A stretch of DNA of 32,000 nucleotides from Aliivibrio fischeri ES114. GTDB lineage: Bacteria > Pseudomonadota > Gammaproteobacteria > Enterobacterales > Vibrionaceae. The translations under genes and the position numbers were made by a program. Location of the stretch: NCBI RefSeq assembly GCF_000011805.1, contig NC_006840.2; one strand, written 5' to 3'. Of the stretch, positions 10,518 through 22,003 are shown in pieces; position 1 is the stretch's first letter, and every line of letters starts with the position of its first letter. The notes beneath the pieces were generated by a model that had not been told where the DNA came from, ran no database searches, and saw nothing but the letters and a program-made list of their open reading frames with translations.

Positions 10518-11381
10518 GTGTCAGATAATTTAAAGATTGGGTTACAATATCTAACTCCAAAACATGCACTTACTCGTTTAGCTGGCAAATTAGCATCAGC
10601 AAAAATGGGATGGTTAACAACTGCTGTTATTAAGTGGTTTATCAAGCAATACAACGTAAATATGGATGAGGCTAAAAACCCAGATCCTGAAGCGTATTCA
10701 ACATTTAATAACTTCTTCGTTCGTGAATTAGAAGATGGCGCTCGTCCTATTAATGAGGATGATTCTGTTATTTCTCACCCTGCTGATGCTTGCGTTAGTC
10801 AATTTGGTCCAATTATGGACGGTAAATTAGTACAAGCAAAAGGCCACGTATATTCTGCGCAAGAATTACTTGGTGGTGATGAAGCACTTGCTGCTGAATT
10901 TATGGGTGGTGAGTTCGCAACGCTGTATTTATCACCAAGCGATTACCATCGTGTTCATATGCCTTGTGATGCAACGTTACGTAAAATGATTTATGTTCCT
11001 GGTGATTTATTTTCAGTTAATCCATTAACGGCTGAAAACGTACCGAACTTATTTGCACGCAATGAACGTGTTGTTTGTATTTTTGATACCGAGTTTGGTC
11101 CTATGGCTCAAATTCTGGTTGGTGCAACGATCGTTGGTAGTATTGAAACTACATGGGCTGAAACCGTAACACCACCAACAGGTCCTGCGGTTAAAACATG
11201 GCACTACCCTCTTTCTGGTGACGACATGATTTGCTTTAAGAAAGGTGAAGAAATGGGTCGCTTTAAGTTAGGTTCTACTGTAATTAACTTGTTTGCTCCT
11301 AACTCAATTAAATTTGATGACTCAATGGAAAATGGTACTCCTACGCGTATGGGTACACCATTTGCTCATATCGTAAAATAA
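10518..11381 (+). CDS. psd: Phosphatidylserine decarboxylase proenzyme (GTG start)
   Basis: [18 protein letters not shown]-terminal [13 protein letters not shown] containing the LGST autocleavage motif; follows rsgA. Confidence 0.96.
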   Translation: MSDNLKIGLQYLTPKHALTRLAGKLASAKMGWLTTAVIKWFIKQYNVNMDEAKNPDPEAYSTFNNFFVRELEDGARPINEDDSVISHPADACVSQFGPIMDGKLVQAKGHVYSAQELLGGDEALAAEFMGGEFATLYLSPSDYHRVHMPCDATLRKMIYVPGDLFSVNPLTAENVPNLFARNERVVCIFDTEFGPMAQILVGATIVGSIETTWAETVTPPTGPAVKTWHYPLSGDDMICFKKGEEMGRFKLGSTVINLFAPNSIKFDDSMENGTPTRMGTPFAHIVK

Positions 11382-11403
11382 TCAAATTTTATTAAGAAAT
11401 AAT

Positions 11404-11434
11404 AAATAGCGAACAATATGTTCGCTATTTTTTT
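11404..11434 (+). terminator. Rho-independent terminator after psd
   Basis: AAATAGCGAACA-ATA-TGTTCGCTATTT followed by TTTT. Confidence 0.85.
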
Positions 11435-11473
11435 ATCTTTAGATAGTCAGAATCAATTAACTCAATGGAATGA

Positions 11474-12364
11474 ATGATGGGATATGAATGGTTAGCGTTG
11501 GCTGCTGCTTGTTTATGGGCGCTATCAAGTATGATTTCTGTAACCCCTGCAAGGCATCTTGGTGCATTCGCTTATAGTCGTTGGCGTATGGGGTGCGTAA
11601 CTATCATGCTCTCTAGTCTTGCTTGGTTTACTGGTGGTTGGCTCTCTATTGAATCTTCTCACTTATATCCAATGATCCTCTCAGGCCTCATTGGTATTTT
11701 TATTGGCGATACGGCTCTATTTGCGTGTTTTAATCGCATGGGACCACGCCAAGCCGGTTTACTCTTTTCTTGTCATGCTCTATTTTCTGCCATTCTTGGT
11801 TACTGGTTATTTAATGAAACCCTACAAGGTTGGGAACTCGTCGGTGCCATCTCTGTTTTTTCTGGTGTTTCTATTGCTATTTTCTTTGGTAAAAAAACAG
11901 ATAATCAAGGAACGTGGGATGAAGTAAGAGGTAATATCTGGATAGCAATCTTCTTAGGGTTGCTTGCTGCTTTTTGCCAAGCACTTGGTGGTGTTATCGC
12001 AAAACCTGTAATGCTTACCAATGCAGACCCAATTGCAGCCTCAGCAATACGAATGGCTTCAGCTTTTGCAGCTCACAGCTTATTAAGATTAATGAACGTT
12101 CCAATATCTCGCCCTATTACGCCAATTAATTTTCGCATTCTTGGAATTGTAGCGTTAAATGGTTTTCTAGCAATGACTGTGGGTATGACACTCATTTTAT
12201 ATGCATTGCAAAAAGGAAACGTAGGGATGGTTGCTCTACTCTCTTCTACAACCCCTATTATGATCTTGCCGTTATTATGGTTATATACAAAAAAAGCACC
12301 GAACCGCTTTGCATGGCTTGGTGCTTTTTTAGCTGTAATGGGTACGGGATTAATCGTCAGTTAA
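11474..12364 (+). CDS. DMT-family (EamA-like) membrane transporter
   Basis: About 10 hydrophobic segments; two EamA-like halves (FIGDTALFACFNRMGPRQAGLLFSCHALFSAILGYWLF and NVGMVALLSSTTPIMILPLLW). Confidence 0.85.
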   Translation: MMGYEWLALAAACLWALSSMISVTPARHLGAFAYSRWRMGCVTIMLSSLAWFTGGWLSIESSHLYPMILSGLIGIFIGDTALFACFNRMGPRQAGLLFSCHALFSAILGYWLFNETLQGWELVGAISVFSGVSIAIFFGKKTDNQGTWDEVRGNIWIAIFLGLLAAFCQALGGVIAKPVMLTNADPIAASAIRMASAFAAHSLLRLMNVPISRPITPINFRILGIVALNGFLAMTVGMTLILYALQKGNVGMVALLSSTTPIMILPLLWLYTKKAPNRFAWLGAFLAVMGTGLIVS

Positions 12365-12400
12365 TCTTACCATTAGATTCATAACCTTTAATCTGGGAAG

Positions 12401-13375
12401 TTATGCCCTATCAAAAGGAAATGCTGTAACTTGATCGATGTGCTTCTCACCCATCGCAAGCATGATTAAACGATCAATACCTAAAGCAACGCCAGAACAA
12501 TTAGGCAAACCCGCTTCTAACGCAGCGATCAAATGATAATCAATGGGTTGTTCAGTTAGCCCCATTGATTTACGTTTTGCATTATCTTCTTCAAAACGCA
12601 TGAGCTGCTCTTTTGCATTATCTAACTCATGAAAGCCATTCGCTAACTCAATTCCCTTAAAGTAAACCTCAAATCGTTCAGCTACTCGTGGATCGCTTGG
12701 ATTAATTTTAGCTAACGCCGCTTGAGAAGCAGGAAAATCATAAACAAAAGCAGGCACATCTTGCCCAATTTTTACTTCAACTCCCATACTAAATAAAAGC
12801 TGCAATAAAGTGTCACGATCTTCTTCAATATCTGCAATATCAGATAAACCTAATGGCGCAGCAACCGCTCTTAATTCATCCATACTCGCTTCTAAAGGGC
12901 AAACACCAAGTACTTGAATAAAAGCTTCTTGATAAGTCATACGTTCAGCATTGTCACATTTCAACACTAACGTTAATAACTCATTCATTTCATCCATTAG
13001 GTCATGATGATCAAAACCTAAACGATACCACTCTAACATAGTGAATTCAGGGTTATGGTAACGGCCAGCTTCTTCATTTCGAAACGCTTTATTTATTTGG
13101 TAAATACACCCGCTTCCAGCGGCTAATAAGCGCTTCATATGAAACTCTGGACTAGTCATGAAATAAAGATGAGTGCCATCTGCATATCCCGGTCCAATAA
13201 AGTCTGTTTGGAAAGTATGTAAATGCACATCCGTTACTGTCGCATGACTCATTGCCGGCGTATCCACTTCCATTACTTTTCGCTTAAAAAAGAATGAACG
13301 AATCGCCGCTAAAATATCAGCACGCTGCTGTAATTGCTCAATTGATGCGCTAGGCATCCAGTTTTGACTAGTCAT
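12401..13375 (-). CDS. epmA: EF-P--(R)-beta-lysine ligase EpmA (track ORF extends to 13387; MTSQNW start at 13375 preferred)
   Basis: LysRS-like core: [59 protein letters not shown]; no anticodon-binding domain; upstream of and divergent from frdA. Confidence 0.93.
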   Translation of the reverse strand: MTSQNWMPSASIEQLQQRADILAAIRSFFFKRKVMEVDTPAMSHATVTDVHLHTFQTDFIGPGYADGTHLYFMTSPEFHMKRLLAAGSGCIYQINKAFRNEEAGRYHNPEFTMLEWYRLGFDHHDLMDEMNELLTLVLKCDNAERMTYQEAFIQVLGVCPLEASMDELRAVAAPLGLSDIADIEEDRDTLLQLLFSMGVEVKIGQDVPAFVYDFPASQAALAKINPSDPRVAERFEVYFKGIELANGFHELDNAKEQLMRFEEDNAKRKSMGLTEQPIDYHLIAALEAGLPNCSGVALGIDRLIMLAMGEKHIDQVTAFPFDRA

Positions 13376-13619
13376 AATCTTACACATTAGAAAAACTTAT
13401 GCGAAATAATACCTTATCTCACAATTTTACGTTACCTATTTTTTAACTTTACAAATACCCTTAAGCATCAAAGGGATACCGAACCAATAAGAATCATTAT
13501 CACTTATAAAGCAACAACTTAACTACAATTTGCCGCCAAAATTAACAGCTTTAACTAGTTGACGGAGATCACACTATAAGCAACAAACTGCCCCATTAGT
13601 GGTACTTGCTCTACAAAAC

Positions 13620-13660
13620 TTTATCCATATCAATTTTTATTACAAAAGCTCACATAGAAT
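13620..13660 (+). promoter_or_regulatory. Candidate FNR-dependent (class II) promoter of frdABCD
   Basis: TTTAT-CCAT-ATCAA (13620-13633, one mismatch to TTGAT-N4-ATCAA), and TAGAAT -10-like element at 13655-13660, placing the site centre near -41. Confidence 0.6.
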
Positions 13661-13782
13661 AGAGAACAGAATTTTTAAGTTATTATTTGCTCTTTTTTGT
13701 CATATGAGCAGGTTGAATTCTCATAATTAGTCACAATTGAGTGATTAGTTTAATTTTTTATCTTTTATCCCGGAGGATAACT

Positions 13783-15588
13783 GTGAAGACTATAACCACA
13801 GATATCGCAGTAATCGGCGCGGGCGGTGCAGGTTTACGTACTGCCATTGCAGCTGCAGAAGCTAACCCAGAGCTGGAGATTGCTCTGATTTCAAAAGTAT
13901 ACCCAATGCGTTCACATACAGTGGCTGCAGAAGGTGGTTCCGCTGCCGTGACCAAGGAAGAAGATACACTAGACAATCACTTCAACGATACTGTTGGTGG
14001 TGGTGATTGGCTGTGTGAACAGGATGTTGTTGAGTACTTTGTAGAAAATGCATACCGTGAAATGACCCAATTAGAACAATGGGGTTGTCCATGGAGCCGT
14101 AAAGAAAATGGTGAAGTTAACGTTCGCCGTTTTGGTGGTATGAAAGTTGAACGTACATGGTTTGCTGCGGATAAAACCGGCTTCCACATGCTTCACACTC
14201 TATTCCAAACATCAATGAAATACCCTCAAATCAACCGTTTTGATGAGTACTTCGTTGTTGACCTTCTTGTGGAAGAAGGCCAAGTTCAAGGTCTAATTGC
14301 TATTCATATGGCAGAAGGCGAACTTATCTGTATTAAAGCAAAATCTGTTGTTCTTGCAACAGGTGGTGCAGGTCGTGTTTACCACTGTAACACCAATGGC
14401 GGTATCGTTACTGGTGATGGTATGGCGATGGCATTCCGTCACGGTGTTCCACTACGTGATATGGAATTCGTACAATACCACCCAACAGGTCTGCCAGGCA
14501 CTGGTATTCTTATGACTGAAGGTTGTCGTGGTGAAGGCGGTATCATCGTAAACAAAAACGGTTACCGTTACCTACAAGATTACGGCATGGGTCCTGAGAC
14601 TCCTGTTGGCGAGCCTAAGAACAAATACATGGAACTGGGTCCTCGTGACAAAGTATCTCAAGCGTTCTGGCATGAACTACAAAAAGGCAACACAATTAAG
14701 CACCCTCTAGGTGATGTTGTGCATCTAGATCTTCGTCACCTTGGTGAAGAATATCTACATGAGCGCCTACCATTTATCTGTGAATTAGCAAAAGCATACG
14801 TAAACGTTGACCCAGCTAAAGAGCCAATCCCAATCCGTCCAACGGTTCACTACACTATGGGTGGTATCGAAACGGATAAGAACAATGAAACAAGCATCAA
14901 AGGTCTATTTGCTGTTGGTGAATGTTCTTCTGTTGGTCTTCACGGTGCAAACCGTCTAGGTTCAAACTCTCTAGCTGAGCTAGTTGTATTCGGTCGCCTT
15001 GCTGGTGAAAAAGCCGCGGAACGCGCTGCTGAATTCACATCTTGGAATGAAGAATCAATCCAAAAACAAATTACTGAAGTTCAAGCTCGCATTGATGCAC
15101 TAATGGCGCAAGAAGGCGACGAAAACTGGGCAACTATCCGTACTGAAATGGGTCACTCTATGGAAGCGGGTTGTGGTATCTATCGTAAAGAGCATGAAAT
15201 GCAAGATACGATTGATAAACTGGCTGAACTAAAAGAACGTTACAAGAAAATCAGCATCAAAGATAAAGGTAAAGTGTTCAACACTGACCTTCTATACGCA
15301 ATCGAAGTTGGTTACGGTCTTGAAGTTGCAGAAGCAATGGCTCACTCAGCGATTCTACGTAAAGAATCTCGTGGTGCACACCAACGTCTAGATGAAGGTT
15401 GTACAGAGCGTGATGATGAGAACTTCCTAAAACACTCATTAGCGTTCTACAACAAAGATGCAGCGCCTACTATCAAGTACAGCGATGTAACGATCACTAA
15501 ATCACAACCAAAAGCTCGCCTATATGGTGAAGCTGCTGAAAAAGCAGCAGCAGAAGAAGCGGCGAAGAACGCAGAGGAGCACGCATAA
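13783..15588 (+). CDS. frdA: Fumarate reductase flavoprotein subunit (GTG start after GGAGG; track ORF starts at 13741)
   Basis: [50 protein letters not shown]; [19 protein letters not shown]; clear GGAGGATAACT ribosome-binding site before GTGAAG. Confidence 0.97.
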   Translation: MKTITTDIAVIGAGGAGLRTAIAAAEANPELEIALISKVYPMRSHTVAAEGGSAAVTKEEDTLDNHFNDTVGGGDWLCEQDVVEYFVENAYREMTQLEQWGCPWSRKENGEVNVRRFGGMKVERTWFAADKTGFHMLHTLFQTSMKYPQINRFDEYFVVDLLVEEGQVQGLIAIHMAEGELICIKAKSVVLATGGAGRVYHCNTNGGIVTGDGMAMAFRHGVPLRDMEFVQYHPTGLPGTGILMTEGCRGEGGIIVNKNGYRYLQDYGMGPETPVGEPKNKYMELGPRDKVSQAFWHELQKGNTIKHPLGDVVHLDLRHLGEEYLHERLPFICELAKAYVNVDPAKEPIPIRPTVHYTMGGIETDKNNETSIKGLFAVGECSSVGLHGANRLGSNSLAELVVFGRLAGEKAAERAAEFTSWNEESIQKQITEVQARIDALMAQEGDENWATIRTEMGHSMEAGCGIYRKEHEMQDTIDKLAELKERYKKISIKDKGKVFNTDLLYAIEVGYGLEVAEAMAHSAILRKESRGAHQRLDEGCTERDDENFLKHSLAFYNKDAAPTIKYSDVTITKSQPKARLYGEAAEKAAAEEAAKNAEEHA

Positions 15589-16331
15589 TGACGGGTGGCA
15601 ATCGAATCCAAAAAGTAAGCATCCTGCGTTACGACCCAATGAAAGATGAGAAGCCTTATCTTCAAACGTTTGATGTTCCTTGTGATGAAACAACGTCTGT
15701 ATTAGACGCTATTGGTTACATCAAAGATAACCTAGATAAAGACCTATCTTACCGTTGGTCTTGTCGTATGGCGATCTGTGGTTCTTGTGGCATGATGGTA
15801 AACAATGTGCCAAAACTGGCTTGTAAAGCGTTCTTACGTGATTACCCAGATGGTTTAACATTAGAGCCATTAGCAAACTTCCCAATTGAAAAAGATTTAA
15901 TTGTTGATATGACGCCATTCATTGAGCGTTTAGAAGCAATCAAACCTTACATTTTAGGAAATGACCGTACACCAGAACAAGGTCCAAACACTCAGACTCC
16001 TGAGCAAATGGCGAAATACAAACAATTCGCTGGTTGTATCAACTGTGGTTTATGTTACGCAGCATGTCCTCAATTTGGTCTAAACCCTGAGTTCATCGGT
16101 CCTGCAGCACTGACTCTTGCACACCGTTATAACCTTGATAGCCGTGACAACGGCTCAGCTGAGCGTATGAAGCTAATCAATGGTGACAACGGCGCATGGG
16201 GCTGTACATTTGTTGGTTACTGTTCTGAAGTGTGTCCAAAACACGTTGACCCAGCAGCAGCTGTAAACCAAGGTAAGATCGCATCGTCTCAAGACTTTGT
16301 TATCGCAATGCTTAAACCTCAGGAGGCATAA
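15588..16331 (+). CDS. frdB: Fumarate reductase iron-sulfur subunit
   Basis: [58 protein letters not shown] cysteine motifs. Confidence 0.97.
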   Translation: MTGGNRIQKVSILRYDPMKDEKPYLQTFDVPCDETTSVLDAIGYIKDNLDKDLSYRWSCRMAICGSCGMMVNNVPKLACKAFLRDYPDGLTLEPLANFPIEKDLIVDMTPFIERLEAIKPYILGNDRTPEQGPNTQTPEQMAKYKQFAGCINCGLCYAACPQFGLNPEFIGPAALTLAHRYNLDSRDNGSAERMKLINGDNGAWGCTFVGYCSEVCPKHVDPAAAVNQGKIASSQDFVIAMLKPQEA

Positions 16332-16333
16332 GG

Positions 16334-16717
16334 ATGAGCAATCGTAAACCTTACGTTCGCGAAATGACACGTACTTGGTGGAAAGATCACCCTTTCTACC
16401 GCTTCTACATGGTTCGTGAAGCAACGGTTCTACCACTAATTTTCTTTACTATCTGTCTGCTTGTTGGTCTAGGTAGTTTAGTTAAGGGTCCACTAGCTTG
16501 GGCTTCTTGGTTAGATTTCATGGCAAACCCTATTGTGGTTGCTCTGAACATTGTTGCTTTAGCTGGTAGCTTATTCCATGCTCAAACCTTCTTTAGCATG
16601 ATGCCGCAAGTAATGCCGATTCGTCTTGGTGGTAAAACACTAGATAAGAAAGTGGTTGTTCTTGCACAATGGGCAGCAGTTGCTGCTATCACATTACTTG
16701 TACTGGTTATCGTTTAA
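16334..16717 (+). CDS. frdC: Fumarate reductase membrane anchor subunit C
   Basis: [53 protein letters not shown]. Confidence 0.95.
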   Translation: MSNRKPYVREMTRTWWKDHPFYRFYMVREATVLPLIFFTICLLVGLGSLVKGPLAWASWLDFMANPIVVALNIVALAGSLFHAQTFFSMMPQVMPIRLGGKTLDKKVVVLAQWAAVAAITLLVLVIV

Positions 16718-16728
16718 GGAGAATTATT

Positions 16729-17091
16729 GTGGTAAATCGTAATCCAAAGCGTTCTGACGAACCAGTATGGTGGGGCTTATTTGGTGCTGGCGGCACTTGG
16801 TTTGCAATGCTAACACCTGTAACTATCTTAGTTCTTGGTATCTTAGTTCCACTAGGTGTGATCGGTCCTGAATCAATGAACTACCTACGTGTTGCTGGTT
16901 TTGTTACTAGCATCATTGGTGCATTATTTGTTATCGGCTCTATCTCTATGCCAATGTGGCATGCGATGCACCGTTTGCACCATGGTATGCATGACCTAAA
17001 ATTCCACACAGGTACTGCGGGTAAAATCGCATGTTATGCAGCAGCGGCACTAGCAACTGTATTATCTGTTGTGTTTATCTTCATGATCTAA
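16729..17091 (+). CDS. frdD: Fumarate reductase membrane anchor subunit D (GTG start; track ORF 16669 is over-extended into frdC)
   Basis: [43 protein letters not shown]; preceded by TAAGGAGAATTATT; 120 aa, the expected FrdD size. Confidence 0.93.
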   Translation: MVNRNPKRSDEPVWWGLFGAGGTWFAMLTPVTILVLGILVPLGVIGPESMNYLRVAGFVTSIIGALFVIGSISMPMWHAMHRLHHGMHDLKFHTGTAGKIACYAAAALATVLSVVFIFMI

Positions 17092-17107
17092 TCATCATCT
17101 AGATACG

Positions 17108-17139
17108 AAAAAAAGGTTGGCTTTATGCCAACCTTTTTT
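17108..17139 (+). terminator. Rho-independent terminator of frdABCD
   Basis: AAAAAGGTTGGC-TTTAT-GCCAACCTTTTTT. Confidence 0.88.
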
Positions 17140-17155
17140 GTATCTGCTATGTAAT

Positions 17156-17181
17156 AAAAAAGGCCACCGAAGTGACCTTTT
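17156..17181 (-). terminator. Rho-independent terminator of efp
   Basis: Minus strand AAAAGGTCAC-TTCG-GTGGCCTTTTTT, UUCG tetraloop with one G-U pair. Confidence 0.7.
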
Positions 17182-17374
17182 ATACCATTCTGGATAAGTA
17201 GTTATTCAGATAATTGCGTAGGAAAAATTGATTAGAGCAAGGCATAAATTACAGTAACTAGTGGATCTAATTACAAAATTTATAACGCAGATATAATCAA
17301 TTTTAACAAGCAAGAATGATCAAATACTTATGTAGATTGGTATTATATAAAGCTATTCTCGATATAAATCGAAA

Positions 17375-17941
17375 TTACTTCACACGACCAACGTATTCGC
17401 CAGTACGTGTATCAACTTTAACTACTTCGCCGATAGCGATGAATAGTGGAACACGAACTACTGCACCAGTAGATAGTGTTGCTGGTTTACCACCAGTACC
17501 TTGAGTATCACCTTTTAGACCTGGGTCAGTTTCAGTTACTTCAAGTTCAACAAAATTTGGTGGTGTCACTGTAATTGGATTATCATTCCAAAGAGTCAGC
17601 GTACAAGTATCGTTTTCTACTAGCCATTTAGCTGTATCACCAACTGCTTTAACATCAGCTGCGATTTGCTCAAAGCTTACGCTATTCATGAAGTGGTAGA
17701 ACTCACCATCGTTGTATAGGTAGTCTAACTCTACATCTACAACGTCAGCTAGTTCAAAGCTTTCACCTGATTTAAATGTTTTTTCTAGTGTTTTACCAGA
17801 AAGCAATCGACGAAGTTTTACACGGTTGAATGCTTGACCTTTACCTGGCTTAACATATTCGTTTTCGATAATTGAGCATGGCTCATTATCTAACATAAAT
17901 TTCAAACCGCCTTTGAATTCATTGGTACTTACTGACGCCAT
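17375..17941 (-). CDS. efp: Translation elongation factor P
   Basis: 188 aa, [46 protein letters not shown]; modifiable Lys in PGKGQ. Confidence 0.98.
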   Translation of the reverse strand: MASVSTNEFKGGLKFMLDNEPCSIIENEYVKPGKGQAFNRVKLRRLLSGKTLEKTFKSGESFELADVVDVELDYLYNDGEFYHFMNSVSFEQIAADVKAVGDTAKWLVENDTCTLTLWNDNPITVTPPNFVELEVTETDPGLKGDTQGTGGKPATLSTGAVVRVPLFIAIGEVVKVDTRTGEYVGRVK

Positions 17942-17973
17942 GATTTCCTCTTAACATCGTTGAGTTATAAATA

Positions 17974-18996
17974 ATGTCACACATGATAACCCGAAATGAC
18001 GCTCCTGTTGAGCAAAACTGGCTCAAAGAACTAGCTAATGCGATCTCTAACCCTCATCAACTACTTTCAACACTTGGTATTGATAGCGCTCCGTGGGAAA
18101 AAGGATTGGAAGCGAAAAAGTTATTTGCGTTACGTGTGCCGACAAGTTTTGTCGATAGAATGGAATTTGGCAACCCTTTTGATCCTTTATTACGCCAAGT
18201 ATTGCCTTTAGATCAAGAATTCGAGGTACATGAGGGATATTCGAACGATCCTTTAGAGGAGCAAGACAACCAACAACTGGGTTTATTGCATAAGTATAAA
18301 AACCGAGTTCTATTGATTGTTAAAGGGGGATGCGCTGTTAATTGTCGCTACTGCTTCCGCCGTCACTTTCCATATCAAGACAATAAAGGCAGCAAAACTA
18401 TTTGGCAAGAGTCCATTGATTACATCGCCAACCACCCAGAAATAAATGAAGTTATTTTCTCTGGCGGTGATCCATTAATGGCAAAAGATCACGAACTTCA
18501 ATGGTTAATTGACCATATTGAAGCAATTCCGCATATCAAGCGCCTTCGTATCCACTCTCGCTTGCCGGTGGTAATACCAAACCGTATTACCGATACGTTG
18601 TGTCAGCTATTTACAAAAACACGCTTACAAATCATTCTAGTGACTCATATCAATCATGCTAATGAAATTAACCAAGAACTCATCAGTAGTATGCACAAAC
18701 TGAAGCTTGCTCATGTCACTCTATTAAATCAAAGCGTGTTATTAAAAGGCGTTAATGATAATGCAGATACATTAACTCAATTAAGTGAAGCGTTATTCGA
18801 TGCGGGTATTTTGCCTTATTACCTTCATGTATTAGATAAAGTCCAAGGGGCTGCTCATTTCTTTATTTCTGACGAAAAAGCCAAACAGTTAATGAGTGAA
18901 CTGATAGAAAATGTATCTGGTTACCTTGTTCCTACATTAGCTAGAGAGATTGGTGGTAGAAAAAGCAAAACACCTCTCGACTTATATTTGGAATAA
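17974..18996 (+). CDS. epmB: EF-P beta-lysylation protein EpmB (lysine 2,3-aminomutase family)
   Basis: Radical SAM motif CAVNCRYCFRRHFPY, LLHKYKNRVLLIVKGG, divergent from efp. Confidence 0.95.
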   Translation: MSHMITRNDAPVEQNWLKELANAISNPHQLLSTLGIDSAPWEKGLEAKKLFALRVPTSFVDRMEFGNPFDPLLRQVLPLDQEFEVHEGYSNDPLEEQDNQQLGLLHKYKNRVLLIVKGGCAVNCRYCFRRHFPYQDNKGSKTIWQESIDYIANHPEINEVIFSGGDPLMAKDHELQWLIDHIEAIPHIKRLRIHSRLPVVIPNRITDTLCQLFTKTRLQIILVTHINHANEINQELISSMHKLKLAHVTLLNQSVLLKGVNDNADTLTQLSEALFDAGILPYYLHVLDKVQGAAHFFISDEKAKQLMSELIENVSGYLVPTLAREIGGRKSKTPLDLYLE

Positions 18997-19007
18997 TTAC
19001 AGGCATA

Positions 19008-19037
19008 AAAAAACCGAAGCACTCGCTTCGGTTTTTT
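19008..19037. terminator. Bidirectional terminator between epmB and pfkA
   Basis: AAAAAACCGAAGC-ACTC-GCTTCGGTTTTTT. Confidence 0.9.
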
Positions 19038-19059
19038 GTGTCTAGAATTCAATTCTAAA

Positions 19060-20022
19060 TTAGAATAACTCTTCAGCTACTTTGTATAGCTCAAGTTTTT
19101 CTGGACGACGCATGTTTTCAATTGCATCGATGATATCGTGGTGAACAAGTTGTTCATTTTGAATACCAACACAACGGCCACCGTGACCATCAATCAGCAA
19201 TTTCACACCATAGTTACCCATACGAGAAGCTAGGATACGGTCGAATGCACCAGGTTGACCACCACGCTGAATGTGACCAAGAACCGTTGCACGAGTTTCA
19301 CGACCCGTTTCAGCTTCGATTTCTTTTGCAAGTTGGTTAACATCTGTCATCAGCTCAGTGATCGCGATGATTGCGTGTTTTTTACCTTTCGCAATACCAT
19401 CTTGGATATTTTGAATCAGAGCTTCTTTGTTTAAACCTGTTTCAGGAGTAATAACGTACTCACAACCACCAGCAATTGCAGACATAAGAGTTAAATCACC
19501 ACAGTGACGACCCATAACTTCTACAATAGAAATACGTTGGTGAGAAGAAGACGTGTCACGTAGACGGTCAATTGCATCAATAACAGTGTTTAATGCTGTT
19601 AGGTAACCAATTGTGTAGTCAGTACCCGCGATATCATTATCGATTGTGCCAGGAAGACCGATACATGGGTAACCCATTTCAGTTAATTTCTTCGCACCCA
19701 TGTAAGAACCGTCACCACCGATAACGATTAGCGCATCAATGTCGTGTTTCTTAAGGTTTTCGATCGCTTTTTCACGAACAGCTACTTCTTTAAACTCAGG
19801 AAAACGTGCTGAACCTAAGAATGTACCGCCGCGGTTGATCATATCAGATACGCTGTGACGCTCTAATTTTTCGATACGATCTTCAACAAGACCTAAGTAG
19901 CCATCATGAATACCAAATACTTCTAGGCCTTCCGTCAATGCTGTACGAACAACACCACGAACTGCCGCATTCATACCCGGCGCATCGCCACCACTTGTTA
20001 AAACACCAATCTTCTTGACCAT
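19060..20022 (-). CDS. pfkA: ATP-dependent 6-phosphofructokinase
   Basis: 320 aa, [69 protein letters not shown]. Confidence 0.98.
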   Translation of the reverse strand: MVKKIGVLTSGGDAPGMNAAVRGVVRTALTEGLEVFGIHDGYLGLVEDRIEKLERHSVSDMINRGGTFLGSARFPEFKEVAVREKAIENLKKHDIDALIVIGGDGSYMGAKKLTEMGYPCIGLPGTIDNDIAGTDYTIGYLTALNTVIDAIDRLRDTSSSHQRISIVEVMGRHCGDLTLMSAIAGGCEYVITPETGLNKEALIQNIQDGIAKGKKHAIIAITELMTDVNQLAKEIEAETGRETRATVLGHIQRGGQPGAFDRILASRMGNYGVKLLIDGHGGRCVGIQNEQLVHHDIIDAIENMRRPEKLELYKVAEELF

Positions 20023-20242
20023 GGTTACCCTCTAAATATGGTTGGGAATTTCAATTTCAATTTTGAACACAGCAAGCAAACTCCCTAATCTGCTCACCAT
20101 TAATAATCTGTAATTTTTTTTCTTATGTAAGAGTATTACCAGTTTACTGAAAAAGTTCGTTGATTCACATCAGAATCAATCATGACAATTTTATTTTTCT
20201 GTTACCAAAAAACAAAAAACGCTAATAATACTACGCAAACAC

Positions 20243-21148
20243 TTAACTAAACTGTTGTTGCTCTCTGTCTGAGTCTAGCACAACTGATAATGGGTCTTGA
20301 TGAATTATAATATCAGAATGTGGGAATACAGATAAAAGCTCATCTTCTACAGCATCTGCAATCTTATGTGCTTGAACTAAAGGCATTTGATCTGGAAGTT
20401 CTAAATGTAGTTGAATAAATCGAGTTGGGCCAGCTAAACGAGTACGTAAATCATGAATCCCCTTCACTCCTTCAACTCGACAACACGCTTCTCTTATTTG
20501 ATCTAACTCTTCTGCTGGTAATTGTCTATCAAGTAATAATTGAATCGCTTCATAAGCCATTTTAAAGGCACTTACTAATATATACGCCCCAATCACTAAG
20601 GCAAAAATAGCATCGGCTTGATGCCAACCGTACCAGCTTAATGCCAGTGCCAACATAATAGCCGCATTCATAAATAAATCCGTTTTATAATGCAGAGAGT
20701 CAGCAGCAATCGCTTGGCTTCCTGTTTGCTTAACGACCCACTGTTGAACCAACACAAGGCCAAGAGTTAAAACGATAGCAAAACCACTGACATACACACC
20801 TAATTCAGGAGCAATCACATCTTGAGGACGGAAAAAACGCTCAACACCATTCAGTAACAAGAAACAAGCAGAGCCAGAGATAAACATAGCTTGAGCCAAT
20901 GCAGCAAGAGATTCAGCCTTACCATGCCCAAATCGATGTTCTTCATCTGGTGGCTGAAGTGCATAACGCACAACCAATAAATTAGTAATCGAAGCGCCCA
21001 TATCAAGCAATGAATCAACGAGTGAAGCCAGTAAACTCACCGAACCGGTTACCCACCAAGTTCCTAATTTAAATAACATTAAAACCGTAGCAACTATGGT
21101 TGCAAGCCATGCAGCCATTGTTACTAAAGAGGCGTATTTCTGAGTCAT
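20243..21148 (-). CDS. fieF: Cation-efflux pump FieF (cation diffusion facilitator)
   Basis: 301 aa, [22 protein letters not shown]...[17 protein letters not shown]; in the cpxP-fieF-pfkA order also seen in E. coli. Confidence 0.92.
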   Translation of the reverse strand: MTQKYASLVTMAAWLATIVATVLMLFKLGTWWVTGSVSLLASLVDSLLDMGASITNLLVVRYALQPPDEEHRFGHGKAESLAALAQAMFISGSACFLLLNGVERFFRPQDVIAPELGVYVSGFAIVLTLGLVLVQQWVVKQTGSQAIAADSLHYKTDLFMNAAIMLALALSWYGWHQADAIFALVIGAYILVSAFKMAYEAIQLLLDRQLPAEELDQIREACCRVEGVKGIHDLRTRLAGPTRFIQLHLELPDQMPLVQAHKIADAVEDELLSVFPHSDIIIHQDPLSVVLDSDREQQQFS

Positions 21149-21306
21149 GTTTTTCCCATTGCTTAAAAATCAATCCCTAGTATAAAGATTTAATCTCAAA
21201 ATCGTAATTCCATTTTTTAATATATTTACAACAATATTGGCATAAACAAAAAAACGAGCCCCTACTTTCATAAGGACTCGTTTCATTTTTATTCGACTAA
21301 AGCGAA

Positions 21307-21798
21307 TTAATGCGCGCAATCAGCAATATATTTATCTTGGTTTGCTTTAAATTCTGCTTTTTGCTCAGGAGTTAAAATGTTCATCATTTCGTGACGTTTT
21401 TTCATCATTTCTACACGACGATCGATCTGACGTTGTGACATTTTTTCAGCTAAATCACGTACTGCTTGCTCATCAAAGTTATCCGCTAAGATTAAGTCCT
21501 GCATAGCTTGGTGATCGGCTTTCATTTCAGCAGTTGGTTGACGATGCTCACCTCTTTTCGCTTTATGTTCAGCTTTACGCTCGTCACGCATTTTTTCAAA
21601 TTGTGCTTTCTGCTCATCGGTTAGATCAAGATCTTTAAATGCTTTTTCCGTTGGCCTTCATCATGCACTTACCACCGAGCATCCTTCACCTTTCTTTCCA
21701 CCATCATGATGACCACCACCAAAAGCAAATGCCGATGTTGACGCTAAAGAAAGAGGAAGAACAACTGCGCCTAAAACCATTTTTTTCATCATATTCAT
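21307..21798 (-). pseudogene. cpxP: CpxP/Spy-family periplasmic protein gene, apparently disrupted
   Basis: A signal peptide ORF starts at 21798 (MNMMKKMVLGAVVLPLSLASTSAFAFGGGHHDGGKKGEGCS...), then meets in-frame TGA TGA. The CpxP-like body (FKDLDLTDEQKAQFEKMRDERKAEHKAK...LTPEQKAEFKANQDKY) resumes in the same frame. The 88-94 aa track ORF 21307-21591 is only the C-terminal part. Confidence 0.75.
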
Positions 21799-21904
21799 TG
21801 TATTATCTCCGTTGAAGAAATCTTATTGTATGGGTACAACAACTCTGCGTTGTTTGGTATGAGGTAAGAATAGCTCAGTCAACGTAAATGAGTGTATTTT
21901 GAGC

Positions 21905-21919
21905 GTAAAGCAACGTAAA
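21905..21919 (+). promoter_or_regulatory. CpxR binding box
   Basis: GTAAA-GCAAC-GTAAA, exact match to GTAAA-N5-GTAAA, in the cpxP/cpxR divergent intergenic region; an additional GTAAA half-site at 21884. Confidence 0.8.
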
Positions 21920-22003
21920 GGTTATTTTGAAGGTTGGTATTCCTTCGTTTATTTGGCGATACTATCATTACCAAATGGTTGGTAAGAAAGCGAGTAGATA
22001 AGA

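Noticed and set aside
10363-10569. 68-aa minus-strand ORF overlapping the rsgA end and psd start
   Set aside because: Overlaps two confidently identified genes on the opposite strand; low-complexity, no family resemblance.
16173-16436. 87-aa minus-strand ORF over the frdB/frdC junction
   Set aside because: Antisense to conserved frdB and frdC coding sequence with no supporting signal.
17316-17504. 62-aa minus-strand ORF overlapping the end of efp
   Set aside because: Alternate frame overlapping the confidently identified efp gene; no domain similarity.
12401-18996. epmA, efp and epmB in one neighbourhood as a novel modification system
   Set aside because: This is the established EF-P beta-lysylation pathway. 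The proximity of the genes around frdABCD is known in gammaproteobacteria.
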